A stretch of DNA of 61,818 nt, the filler included, from Sphacelaria rigidula (Eukaryota): assembly GCA_964200075.2 (NCBI GenBank). It is 8 parts of 8 records of this genome, joined end to end, with 100 filler letters (N's around TTAATTAATTAA, not from the genome) between each part and the next. Parts side by side here need not be neighbours in the genome. Positions count along the whole stretch, not along the records: positions 30,961 to 38,600 come from CAXNAA020013979.1; positions 38,701 to 46,340 come from CAXNAA020013980.1; positions 46,441 to 54,079 come from CAXNAA020013981.1; 5 more parts are not named here. One strand, 5' to 3'. The notes beneath the pieces are model-generated. The model saw nothing but the letters and a program-made list of their open reading frames with translations, was not told where the DNA came from and did no database searches. A program made the position numbers and the translations under genes. Positions within the stretch are counted from its first letter, which is position 1. Each line of letters opens with the position of its first letter. Below, piece by piece: positions 35,221-47,325 of this stretch.

Positions 35221-37774
35221 CTGGGCCGCCGAAGAAGCGGACTTTCCTTCAGCCGGTTCTAACTGACGATCTATCGCGAGTTGTGCCTACTATGACACAT
35301 CGTGGTATTCTGAAAATCAATGCGAGTCTTTCACTTCACGTAGCACTGCGATTTGACAAGTTCTCATCAAACGAAATACCAAACTGCAGTCAGCTGCAAA
35401 GTGTAGAGAGTTGAGGGCAGCATGTGCGGCGGAATTAGGGGAAGAAAAGGGTTGGAATCGCATTTACGGTTACAGTCGGTTGTGCCGCGGTCACAGAGTG
35501 ATGGTGTTGCACTAGTTGTGGTTGTACAACAAGGCATGTCGTACTGCAGGCGCGCAGTGTCTGAGATGGCACGCAGACGAGACCTGCAGCGCGCCGAGGC
35601 GTCGCGCTTGTAGAAGACGACAAAGTTCCGGCTGAGGTTATTGTCCTCTATAAGCAAGTGAACCGATTCTCGACAGAAAAACGCGACTTTACTGCTCAAT
35701 TTATTTGAAGTTGTTTTCCATGAAATTTTGACACGATTTACATGGAGTGTACGTGGAGCCCCTACCGTTTGCTCCTCTTTCTTTAATTTATTTTCCTCGT
35801 ATGTTATTGGTGATTTAAATTTCGGAACATTTTTCCTGGTACAAAGTCGACAACTCATAAAAAAAAAATGTCAAGGGGGGACAACAGGGACTTCACAACA
35901 CATACCTCATGCGCATCGTGTCGGAATTTCGTGAAAAAAAATACTTTAAATTGAACAGCATAAACGCGTTTCAGTTTTTCGTGGCTGGTAATTCTTCACG
36001 TAGGAACCAGTCTTGGACATGTACACGCGATTTCACACCTTAATTTGAGGTCGTTTTCTATAAAATTTTGACACGGTGTACAGGATGTATGTGCAAGGAC
36101 GTCCCTGTTTGCCTTGTACATTTTTGTTTTTTTCTCCTTGAGTTATCGGCGACCAAACATTTCAGAACAGTTGTTTTCGGAACAAAAACGTGAATAACTA
36201 AAAAAGAAAAGAAAAAAATGTACGGGGCAAATGGGGGCATCTTCGCACATACCTCCTGAACATTCTGTCAAAATTTCATAGGAAACGACCCAAAATTGAG
36301 CTGCTAGATCGCGTGTTCACATCCCTGTCCGCGTCTTGGGCGGCCCAGCCTGTACAGCGATCTGATTGGTAGTTTTGCCCCGCTCCAAATGCAGTCTGCC
36401 GAATTGTGATGGATGGATCCATGAATCTTTGGTGAGAATATCCTCTCGCGTACAGTCCGCGCCTGGTGTATTCAGATGAGATCCAACACATGTCATGTCA
36501 TAAAGTACGATCGCTGACAGCGATGTTGCTTAAGCAGGCCTGAAGAGAGTAAATACAGCTCCTTGACTGAAGGGCTACAGTACATCTTGTTTTGACTCGG
36601 TCAGGCAACGGACGCGCTGCCATTCCCACCACCGCGAAAGCTAGAAGTGTTGAAGCCCTGGTCGTCTACTACCACGGTCTGCACAGGCCACGAATAAAAA
36701 GGTGTTACACGCGGCCATTTGACTACTTCCAAACTTCCTCCAGGTGGGTACACTTTTTGAGCCTCCAGAGGAGATTTTTTGGTTCCCTCCAGAGGGGTTG
36801 AACGCCTCCGGAGGCTCATTCTTGCCTCCGGAGGGCCGCGCATATCCCCAAATTCCTCCGGAGGGGTGCGCGGCCCTCCGGGTCGGTAGAGTCTAGTCTC
36901 CTCTAGAGGGATGGAAGGCCTCCGGAGGCTTGTTTCCCCCCTGGAGGACCGCGCATCCCTCTGGAGGCATTTTGGGGTGTATAGCCAAATGGCCGCATGT
37001 GTACGCAGTACAGTATCCTATTATATTGCTGTGACCAAGATTGCACACATAGGCTAACTATGCAGGAAATATTGAAGGGCGAAAAACTCAAATCATGTGC
37101 GATTGTCTGGTTCAATCCGTAAACGCGAAAAAAGCCGCTCGACCCACTCTGCTGGTTGTGTGCTTTGAAGAAACGGATACGTTCGTCGAGCGGAAATGAG
37201 TTTTATCACCATTGTTCTTCATCCCATGTAAGATGCATGTGTTTACTTCGGTTTGGATTGGCACAGAAAAATTGTGGGTCTGATGAGGAAGTATCAAGTA
37301 CGTTGGAGTGAGAAATCCAGTGTGGTGAGTTATTGTTGGAAAGTCGCTAAAAGCGTGCAGTATATATATTGCGTGAGTTGTATATTATCCGCAATACAAA
37401 CAAGACGCTTGTAATTCAAGCTATCCCTCACGAGGCCAACTTTTTTAGCCTTCACAGCATCCAAGGCTGCTTATTTTGAGAATACGGCTTGATGATAGTC
37501 CCCGAACATTTGGAGTAGGGTGATTGCATGCGTTAAATTGCCCTTTTACTGGTCGCTGGGCACGAAACCCTTCCGGGCCCCACTCCCTGTCAGTGCTACA
37601 TGGGTGTCGTGGTGACAATAATGTCTCTTTTTATATTTTCCGGTGGTGTGAATCAATCACATCAGCAGAGGGCGTAATAATATCAATGGGGCAACGGTTT
37701 AATAAAGGTATACCTTCTCGTTTTTTGCCGAAGAAAGGTACAAACAATGGCCAGAAGCGCGAAAACAGTCAAAC

Positions 37775-38222
37775 AACACGGGATCTTACAAATTGGGGAT
37801 GGATCTTTTATGGGGGATGAGAAACCCGGAGAATTAAAATCTTCGTATGTATCCACACCGAACCTTTGAAATATGATTCCATTTCTACACCTACTGGTAG
37901 CTATTGACAACTACTACACCCAACATCAATTTGGATTTCGATCACCGAAATGCTGGGATCATGGGTCAAAAACCAATGTTGGGGAATTTCGGGTGTCGGA
38001 AAGGACGCCAAAATGGTTCCGAAATTGTTTTTTCACTCAGGACCCCAAAATTTCGGTGGTGGAAATCCAAATGTCTATGGCTTGTAGCAGTTGTCAATAG
38101 CTATCAGTAGGTAAAGAAATATAACCATATTTCGAAGATTTGGTGTGGATATGAAGCTTTTGCTTCTCCGGGTTTCTCATCCCCAATAAAGGATCCATCC
38201 CCAATTTGTAAGATCCCGTGTT
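37775..38222. mobile_element. Foldback/long-TIR MITE (~450 bp)
   Basis: Inverted arms of ~140 bp starting AACACGGGATCTTACAAATTGGGGATGGATC; AAAC on both flanks (possible 4-bp TSD). Confidence 0.82.
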
Positions 38223-39297
38223 AAACACGCCATTTTGATCGTTTTCGCTCCGGATTTTTCGCGCACATTATTCGGGGAGGGCATTGGCACCCGGGACTCG
38301 AAAACAAACGGATAAAAAACATTTCACTCGAGAGATATGGCCACGCGAAAACAGATATCTCGCCTCCAGAAACTGCTCACCTTTTTTTGTAGGCCACATT
38401 TCGCCGAGGTATACCTGATCTAGGAATTCTTTTTCAATCGTACCTTATCTGGGCCACCCCTCGGCCGAGAACGTACCTCTGCTAGGCCATCGCTCTCTAC
38501 ACCGTACCAGGGAGTCTACGCGCCACCTTCAACGGTGGCGCCCACACATTCGGCTCTTTTCCCGCTCATTTGCCGTTCACGGTCGCCGCAACGACCACGT
38601 NNNNNNNNNNNNNNNNNNNNNNNNNNNNNNNNNNNNNNNNNNNNTTAATTAATTAANNNNNNNNNNNNNNNNNNNNNNNNNNNNNNNNNNNNNNNNNNNN
38701 CCAAAATACTCCCCCCCCTATCGTAGGATGACTCTTCAGGCGTTGCACAGCACACTCATGGTGCTCTGCCACGTCGCCTGTCTCAAACTCGTGGGCATCC
38801 TTCACCATCGGTGGCTCGTACTTCACTTTGTTTTTGATCAAAAGTGGAAAAGACCAGGAAAGGCGGTCATATTCTGCGATGAGAAATTCAAACGGGCTAC
38901 CTTTTTTTATCGAAATTCCGAGCCAAGTGCGCTACGGTATTGCCCTTGAAAATTCGCCCAAATTTCACGTATTTTCAGCTCTAGTGAAGCCAAATCGCGT
39001 GAAAACGTGCCTCCGGCACGGCGTCTCCAGCGGGGCCCTCCGGAGATGCCTCCGGCGGGGCCCCCTCTACCGGGGGGGGGCTTTTTGGCTCGCGGCTGCG
39101 CCGCTCGACCAAACCATTATATACCATGTAACTGGTTAATGAGTACGCTACGCGTAACCATTCAACTGTTTAATGGTTACACAAAACATTCCCGAGCCCT
39201 AGAAAATATATTATGGATGTCGGCAGCATATACGGTGTTATCATTGCGTGAATGACGACGGCGTGACCGGGGCGAAGCAGGAGGGGTGCACGCGGTC

Positions 39298-39525
39298 GCT
39301 TGATCAGCATTCTTCGAGCGCGCTGAGGCGTGCGATGAATTCGATCTGTGCCGCGAACTATCCTCCTGGGTACGGTCACGACCAGCATCCATCGGGCGCG
39401 TGAGAGCGCGCGATGGATTGGAGCTGTGCCGTGAACTACATTAGTATGTGCGACTACGATCGACATTCGTCGGGCGTGTGAGGGCGCGCGATGAATTGAA
39501 GCTGTAACAGGAACTGTCCTCAGGG
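39298..39525. repeat. ~78-bp tandem repeat x3, probably coding on the minus strand
   Basis: CGCGATG(A/G)ATT...CTGT...GAACT periodicity; unit length is a multiple of 3. Confidence 0.65.
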
Positions 39526-40529
39526 GGCGCGAGCACGAGTGGCGTGGTCTCAATCGACTGTCGGTGTGCGGCGCCGTTCGGGAGCGCGAGCAAGACTTTG
39601 GTGAGAAGCGTAGGAGGGGCTGGACTCGGGTCCGTTAAAGCTCTCATGAGAGGCGAACGGAGAACGCGATGTTGCCGATCGGTGCGCCAAGCGTACGGGT
39701 GGGGGCTTCGTATGTTCAGAGTCATCATTGAATCGCACGTGAGTGGAGACCGATTGGTCTTGGAATGCGGTGTAGCAGTAAGCCGTAAATGCCTCGATTA
39801 GAGCTGGGACGGGCGTGTCCGCTGGTGCCGAAGAAGGGCGAGGCGGATTCTGCAGGGTAGAGTACATGGTCGCAACCGCGGGTCCAAAACTGAATTACGA
39901 AGTATTGCGCATTGGACTGCTGAGAGTCATAGGATTGGGGTCCATCGTGGAAGCAACCCGCGTAACAGTACCTCTTGCTCCGGAAGCGGTACGCTTTGTC
40001 GGGACTGAGTCGTCTCGAGATTTGTCAACCGTCGTTCGACGGGGTGCCACGCTTGAACCAACCGCTACAGGGACATACTGGACAGGTGTGTCCAGGGGCA
40101 ACGACTCAGCTGGGGGCACATTCCTCTCTTCGAATCCCATATTGGGATCTGAAAAAACAGGCCGCAGCGAGGAGGTTGCTACGGCATCTACCGTTATGGG
40201 TTCACTGACATGTCTGTCAGGAGCCAATGACTCAGCCGGTGGCATAGTCCTGTTATCTGAATTCGAATCGGTACTGGAGAGAACAGGTCGCGGCGTCATA
40301 GTCTTTGTTCAAGCCCCGAAGGACGAGCAGCGCTCGGAAGTTGGTCTTCAATTCCCGAAGATCGAGCAGCGCTCGCGTACGACCGCCGAGTAGTCGAAGG
40401 TGACGCGCTGCTTATATGAAAAACACTCGTACCGCCAGTAGTCTGGCTCCGTGTCCGGCGAAGTGGTCGGTTTCTCAGTTGAGGGTAGGTATCGGCGCTA
40501 TTCCTGTGCGACATGGGGCTAGGCGTACT

Positions 40530-43125
40530 CAACTGCTGGAGGACGTGGTCGTACACCCCCAACTCGCACCCCCGAGTAAAGCGGACTCGGACCACAACAT
40601 GGTGGTGGCCACTGTCGACCTCGATGATCGCCTTGCCCACAACCACCCAGTACGCACTGAGTCGAAGCAGCTGCAGACCGAAATGGCAAGGCGGCACGTG
40701 ACCGAGGGGTTCCTACATAACCTCGCCGAGCAAACATACCAGCCAATCACCACCTCAACGGCGGCCGCGAAGGAGTTTACCGAAGCTATCCTCGAAGGAG
40801 CGCGGACAGTACTCCCGGAAGAGACGTGAATACCACGTATGCCGGAATGGTGTGAAAACCCCGGCACGAGAGAAACAGTGGAGGCAGCGCTCGCCAAACG
40901 ACGGGAGGCACGTCAACTGATGAAGCATCACCGAACCCCAGCATCGTGGAAAGCACTCAGAGCCGCGTGTAAGAACGTGCGTACAGTAATAGATGACGGC
41001 ATCCATGCACATCTGGAGAGGTATGTGGCAAGGCTAGAAGCGATCTACAAGGATCACGACATAAAAGGCCTGTACAAACACCTCGAGACATCGGTGGGTC
41101 TTGGTGGAAGGCAATCCGGGGGGCAGCAGTTCATAAAGGACGAGAACGGCATCCTACTGAGGAACAAAATTGCCATCCTTGAACGGTGGGCGAGATTCTT
41201 CCGCACCCTGCTCAACGCCAAATAGCCCACGCTAAACCCAGTCATTATCGAGGAGGTGAAGCAGCGACCGGCAGCGTCAACCACCGGTGATTCGATACCG
41301 CTTGGGGCAGCACCAACACTGGAGGAAACCAGACGAGCAATCCGGGGGATGCACAACTGGAAATGGCCAGGACACGACTCCCTTCCTGTGGAGGTACTAA
41401 AGATCGACAACCGCCGCGCCGAACCCATCGTCCTCGAACGCTTCCATACCATTCTCGTCGAGGTGTGGAACGGAGAGGAGGTCCCGCGGAATTGGAAGGA
41501 TGCAACGATCAAGGTGCTGTACAAGAAATCGAACTAATCCATCTGCAATAACTACTGGGGGATCTCTCTGGTACCGCACGCAGGGAAAGTGCTCCTGAAG
41601 ATAGTGGCCAACCGCCTCAGCAACTATTGCGAAACGCACGGGATATCACCGGAAGAACAGTGCGGCTTCCAACCTGACCGATCCACTACTGATGGCATCC
41701 TGTTTGTTGTGCGCCGACTCCAGGAGCTAGGACGGCGGCGGAGAACACCGCTGCACATGTGCTTCGCCGACCTCCAGAAGGCATATGACTCGGTCGACCG
41801 AGAGCTTCTGTGGCGGGTACTGGCCCGAGTTGGTATTTCGGATGAGATGATGGCAGTTATCTGCCAATTCCACGACGGTATGCAGGCCCGCGTATGCATG
41901 GACGACGGAGAGCTTTCGGAGTGGTTTGAAGTCACACAGGGACTGCGACAAGGACGTGTTCTGTCTCCCCTGCTGTTCAACACCTTCTTCGCGGCAGTGC
42001 TCGAGACACTCCTCGTGTGATTCATCGAGGATGATATCATCATCGAGGACATGGTATATCTCGATCAGGAGACGGGAAGGGGGGCGGAGACACCGCTGGA
42101 ACGTGTACGGTGTGAGGAATGCTGTATGCCGACGATGCCGGCATCATCTCGAGATCTCCCGACGGACTGGCGAGGATGATGACTATCATCGTGGACGTGT
42201 TTGGGGGCTTTGGACTGACCGTATCGGAGAAGAAGAAGGAGGGTCTCGTGATGGGAGTACCGAGGAAGCACCGAAGAAGGGGGAGCCACCAAAACAATCT
42301 CCCCCATCCCTGATCATCGAAGCAGCGGGCCAGATATACGCCCAGAAAACTAGTTTCCGATGCTTGGACGGGCTCGTCAACGAAGAGGTCGAACTCAAAC
42401 AAGAAAAAAACCAACAATCGGAGCAGAGCAGCGTGGGCGTGCATCAGGAAGTTCTCCCGGCAGCTATTTGACCGACCGGAAGCACCATGGAGACTCAAGA
42501 TTCGACTGCTGAAAGCGAAGGCGGTGGAGGTCCTACTGTACGGATGCATAACGTGGGCCCCGCGCCACGAATATTACGACTTGCTGAGAAAGCTACGCCA
42601 CCGGCTCCTCCTGCGAATCATCGGGTACCGCCGAGTGCGCGGCACATGCCGACAGCTTTCGTATGCACAGGCCCTCAAGAAGACCGGATGCCAAAGAGCC
42701 GAAGCCATCGTCCAGCAACGACGACTGCCGTTTGCGGGAGCCTTGGCTAGACAACCGGACGGACGGCTACCGAAGCGAATAGCATTCGGAACACTAGTCG
42801 GGGGGGAGGATCCAGGACCAGGGTGCCCGGAACAAAACTGGCTGAAGTGCCAGAGGAATGATCTCCACGCTTTCGGAGCAACAGACGGCTCTGCGAACAG
42901 CCCGCCAGACATTCAGAGTTGACCGGGACCTATGGCCCTCGGCAGCGAATAAGGAGGAGGGATTGCCGTGGCACGCGGGAGTGCTGCAGGGATCGGAGAG
43001 GTGCATGACCGCATGGCACAGAAACGAAGAGGAAGCCAGCCAACTGCGTACGATTGGACGGGAGCCCAACGAAGCCAACATAACACAGCAATGACGTCGG
43101 TCCAGAGAAGGGGGGGGTGGGGGGT
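40530..43125 (+). mobile_element. 5'-truncated, decayed non-LTR retrotransposon (RTE-like LINE; APE C-terminus + RT)
   Basis: APE motif DSDHNMVV; RT motifs NNY(W)[49 protein letters not shown]-terminal LLYGCITW, RLPKRI; stops at 40827, 41223, 41535, 42018 and frameshifts after ~42050. Confidence 0.92.
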
Positions 43126-44234
43126 AAACTGTTGGAAATATTCGTGGCTCGTGGTGTTAGGTACTGTTCTCGAAACAGACCGACTACCGTCGCAGAGACA
43201 GTAGTATGGCAGAGGTTGCACAGTAGTAGTCAGACTACTTGCTTCTGCAGCAGACAGAAAGCCCAAAGGCAAAAATGGTGTTTGGGGCTCTTCACTTCGA
43301 CCGAACAAATCAAGCAGCCTCTTTTGCAAGCAGAGTGCTGAGGAAATGAAGAAGAGCTGGGTAAGCTTGGTAAGCTGGGGAGAGTGATTGCAAGGGCGCT
43401 AGGAACCACCGATTACAAACATGCTCAATCCTGGAAGAAGAATCAAACAGATTACATGTACGTAGGGTCTAATCGTATCATTCAACTCAACCCCGCTACT
43501 GGTGACGCGGCAGCCTTGCCAGCATAGATTACCTGCAAAGTTGCACACAAGATATTATCCTGTAGCTTACGTGGCCTACACTCTGCTAGAGTATCTTTCA
43601 TTGATAAATCATGGCAACACGCCTACTCCAGCAATATGCTACTTGAAGCGTCATTCAAACAGGTAAGCTACAAATTAACACAAAAGAGGTACTCTCCGTG
43701 AAAAAGATACTAATGAAGCGGTCTTACATGGTTCATTGTTTCGTTGAACCGTCACAAAATTTGCCGCTATCTTTTGTTGCCACGACGCCATTCAAACACA
43801 ATGAATATAGACTGTATCGTCTAGATTTTGCAACATCTCCCCATGAATGAGACATGTTGCTACCAAAGGTAGTAGTGTACTCAACACATCAAGTGTAGTA
43901 GTAAGCAATGCAGCAGACGAAATAAAAAACGTACATCAACTGTTGTACCATTCCTCGTTTCATACTGTACTGTCAACCTTTTCGACAAACGTCAGTTCAA
44001 ACTAATTAGACCTGCAAAATTTCACCCGCATGTACACGTATGTGTGTGCGCTTTTTGCATAGGTATCAAATCTCATGAGCCCTGTAAAAACGAACTCTTT
44101 AAATCTTTTAGAAAGGACGAAAAATGACAATGTGCACCGAAATCCTCCCGAAAGTTCTGTGAACCGTACAGTTACATGTGGCATCAGATGCCCTATATTC
44201 TGTTCTCCTGTGTGAGTGTGTCCTGACCCTGTGG

Positions 44235-44326
44235 TTGACCCCGGCTGGTGCGCCCATATATATATATATATATATATACACCAAATTGTGTAGACCGGTG
44301 TCTACAGTAGATGGGACGACAACACA
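44235..44326 (+). mobile_element. SINE family A 3' fragment with internal (TA)n expansion
   Basis: GACCCCGGCTGGTGCGCCCA(TA)n...GATGGGACGACAACACA. Confidence 0.75.
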
Positions 44327-45040
44327 TACCCTGTGAAATTAACTAATAGAACATCGTTCCAACAAAAAATCAACTCGCAACTCGCGACTTAACACTTGAG
44401 TTGAATCACAGAGGTCACTGCATGCACTCCTGTCTTATGCAGCACATGTCCCCTGTGACAAAATCACGCCGTCATGTTGAGTGTATAGTGATGATATGAA
44501 TGATGGCATGGACACAGGGGTGATAGCCTGATGTGGTTTATGGAGCGTATGTGCCTAGGTGGCACTCAAGGATAATTAAAGGTGCTGTAAAGGCAAACAA
44601 CTTAAACCTGAGGCCAGTGGAACTGGGGAGTCTTCAACAACATGGGACGCTGCAGTACTAGCAACCTGCTGGCGTCACAATATCGATATTAGTGCTAGTC
44701 GTGATAGTTGTGCTATCGTTAGTGACTGTTGGAAATATTTCAGTAGAGAGGAGTCTGGACAGCTTTGGACATATTGCTTCACGGACACGTGAGGAGGGTT
44801 CAAGCTGAGGTAGCTGCGAAGGCGGCTGGCCCGTGATTGATCCAGACTGTAGACTTGCTGGAGCTGCGTGTAGCGGGATTTTATAGGACCCCACGGCTGT
44901 GTGGTGCGGCGACGGAGGCAGGTGTGAACTGTGGAGTTCGAGAAGGTTCAGAAACCTTCGAGTAGGTCCGCTCGACTACAGAGGTACCGACCGAAGAGCC
45001 AGCAGAGACGACCGTAACCCCAGTTGTTCTGACAGAAGAG

Positions 45041-45920
45041 TTGCGGCCTCCCAGTGACGGGAATTTGTATTCTGAGTGGGCTTCTCGTTCTCTTTATACG
45101 ATTTATGTGGAATACAAGAAGCGGGTGGAGCATGCGAATGCGGGGAATACGGTAAGGCATCAGGTGGTATCCATGGTGCAACTCGTGCCTACCCCCCTCC
45201 AACACGTTTTTGCGAGAAGGTTCCACGAGAAGAATACAATAAAGCCGCTACAGTTGGCTGCAGCGATCAAGAAGCATGCAGAGCATGCAGCGGGTGCTGA
45301 GGTAGAGCTGACCCAGGCGTCCCCGGCCGTGGCGAAGGCTGTCGCCATGAACCACAATGTGAAGACCATGCGTGAGAGGGGGGAGCCGATCATGGGAAAG
45401 TTGGAGACATATTTTTTCGGAGAATCCCAACGTCGAGATGACTTATCGTTCCTCCGATGGAAAATTCCGTCTAGGGCCCGCTGCGGTGATCACGAAAGCG
45501 ATGGTGGAGGGTCTGGCACCGGCGGAATTCAAACAGGCCGTTCTTCTTGTGAAATTAAAGCACGCAACCAATTGGAAGTCAGACCCGTATTTAGTTGTGG
45601 ATACCTTGGTGGCTGAGGCTCAGGCATGGCGGAAGATTGAAGTATTCAGGGAAACATCCACTTCGTCGCCCCAGTCTTCGAGCTCGCGTAACCACGGATC
45701 AAAATCCGCAGGCAGTGCCGCCGCCGACATCACTTGCTTTCAGTGTGACCAGGTAGGCAACTACGCACGCACGTGCCCAACGCCTTCCGAGGGGGAGTCT
45801 GAGCAGACGAGTGTCGCGTGCCCTCGCGATCACAGAGGAGAAAAAGGCAATCGGGGTGGTGGCGGAGGCGGATCCTCCAGCGGTGGAGGTGTGCAGTCGA
45901 GTTCCCAGCAGCAGCAGTAG
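45041..45920 (+). pseudogene. Retrotransposon gag remnant
   Basis: Two overlapping ORFs joined by a frameshift in a T run at ~45412; degenerate knuckle CFQCDQVGNYARTC; TGTTGG LTR-like start at 44726 and a PPT-like G tract at ~46296. Confidence 0.6.
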
Positions 45921-46440
45921 GGGCAGCGGCGTCAGCAGGGGTCCGGTTCTGGGTCCGGCTCAGCCGCAGGGGCTGCTGCTCCGCAACGGGCGTTGCAGGT
46001 GGGACCAACCACTCTAGTGTCGGGCTCGGTGCCGGCGCCACCGGCAGCAGAGCAAGGCGAGACGCCTGCTGCTGAGCCGGCCGGATTTCAGCTGGATTTT
46101 GGATCGGCTGCTGCGTCAGCCGGAGTACCGCTGCAATTTGGTTCTGCGGGCGGGGCTTCGTACCCCCCGGCGGTGCCGGTGACCCCAGCGGGGGCGTCTA
46201 TGCCTGCGCCGTGCGCGTAGTCATGGCGCCAAGTGGGAATCACGACCAATCAGTCGGGGGAGCAGGTGCCGGTCGAGTATCGAGTCATCCTTCGATAGGG
46301 GGGGGGGTATTTGGTTGCACGAAAAAAGAGGCCCCTGCTCNNNNNNNNNNNNNNNNNNNNNNNNNNNNNNNNNNNNNNNNNNNNTTAATTAATTAANNNN
46401 NNNNNNNNNNNNNNNNNNNNNNNNNNNNNNNNNNNNNNNN

Positions 46441-46806
46441 ATGCATAGATTTATACGCAATCTATCAATAGCTATTGCCGTCATCAATAGATTTGGTATA
46501 CAATCTGTCAATAGCCATCGTCGTCATCAATAGATTGGCGCGCGGTCTATCGATAACCATTGCCGTCATCAATGGATATGGAAAGTTATCGATCGATGCA
46601 TGCGGTCGGCCGCAATAGATTTCGGCGTAGGGCCACAGCAGACTGTTGCCCAGACAAGAGTGTGGGAAACTGGTCTATCGATAGGCATTGCCAACGACAA
46701 AAGGGAGATAAACTTGCCGATCGATGGCCATTACGGACGACAATATTAGTATCTACTGCAGCAGATTCTATTGCTTTTGCAATAGATGCCGTCTATTGTC
46801 CAGGGT
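46441..46806. repeat. ~42-bp hairpin-containing tandem repeats, likely transposon subterminal array
   Basis: ATAGAT-N9-ATCTAT...GCCGTCATCA units decaying toward ...CAGGGTG. Confidence 0.6.
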
Positions 46807-47169
46807 GTGCAAAATGTCGGGTATGTCCTACCTGACACGCCCCTGAAATGTTCCTCCACTAAAGATGTCCGAGGTGGGATAATCATGTAGCACTCCTTGG
46901 AAGTCTAACGTACATACATCCAGTACGTCGTGTTATTTGTATTTTTTCAATGCACGTGGAAGTGCACACGTGGAGAATGACTTGTTGCCGTTTTGGTTGT
47001 TGGTGATACGCTTGGGAATGTATATGAGACGTCCAGGTAAGCGTAGTTTTTTTTTGCTTCACATTTCATTGATTATAATTTTACTCATGGCAAGCCTTTT
47101 GTTCCTAGCACCCAGCCCCACTTAGGTGCGGTGAGATTTTGCTGCGCACCATCCGTCGCCAGCCGATTG

Positions 47170-47325
47170 TATGTGTCGTCATCTCATTAATTCTGGACGC
47201 CAGAGTACACCTTTCGGTATATGTGGGAGCACCAGCCGGGGTCACTCAGGAGGAAGGTCAACACAGGAGTTTTATTTTTATTTGTTTTAGTACTCTACCT
47301 TCCTTCTGCGGTGCTTGTCTTTATT
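47170..47325 (-). mobile_element. SINE family A 3' fragment
   Basis: Body and tail homology. Confidence 0.78.

Noticed and set aside
43129..43460. Solo LTR starting TGTTGGAAATATT (same 13-mer at 44726)
   Set aside because: Similarity between the two ends after 13 bp; no TSD or defined 3' end found
46441..46600. CRISPR-like repeat/spacer pattern
   Set aside because: Variable parts are only ~9 nt, repeats are degenerate, eukaryotic context, no cas genes
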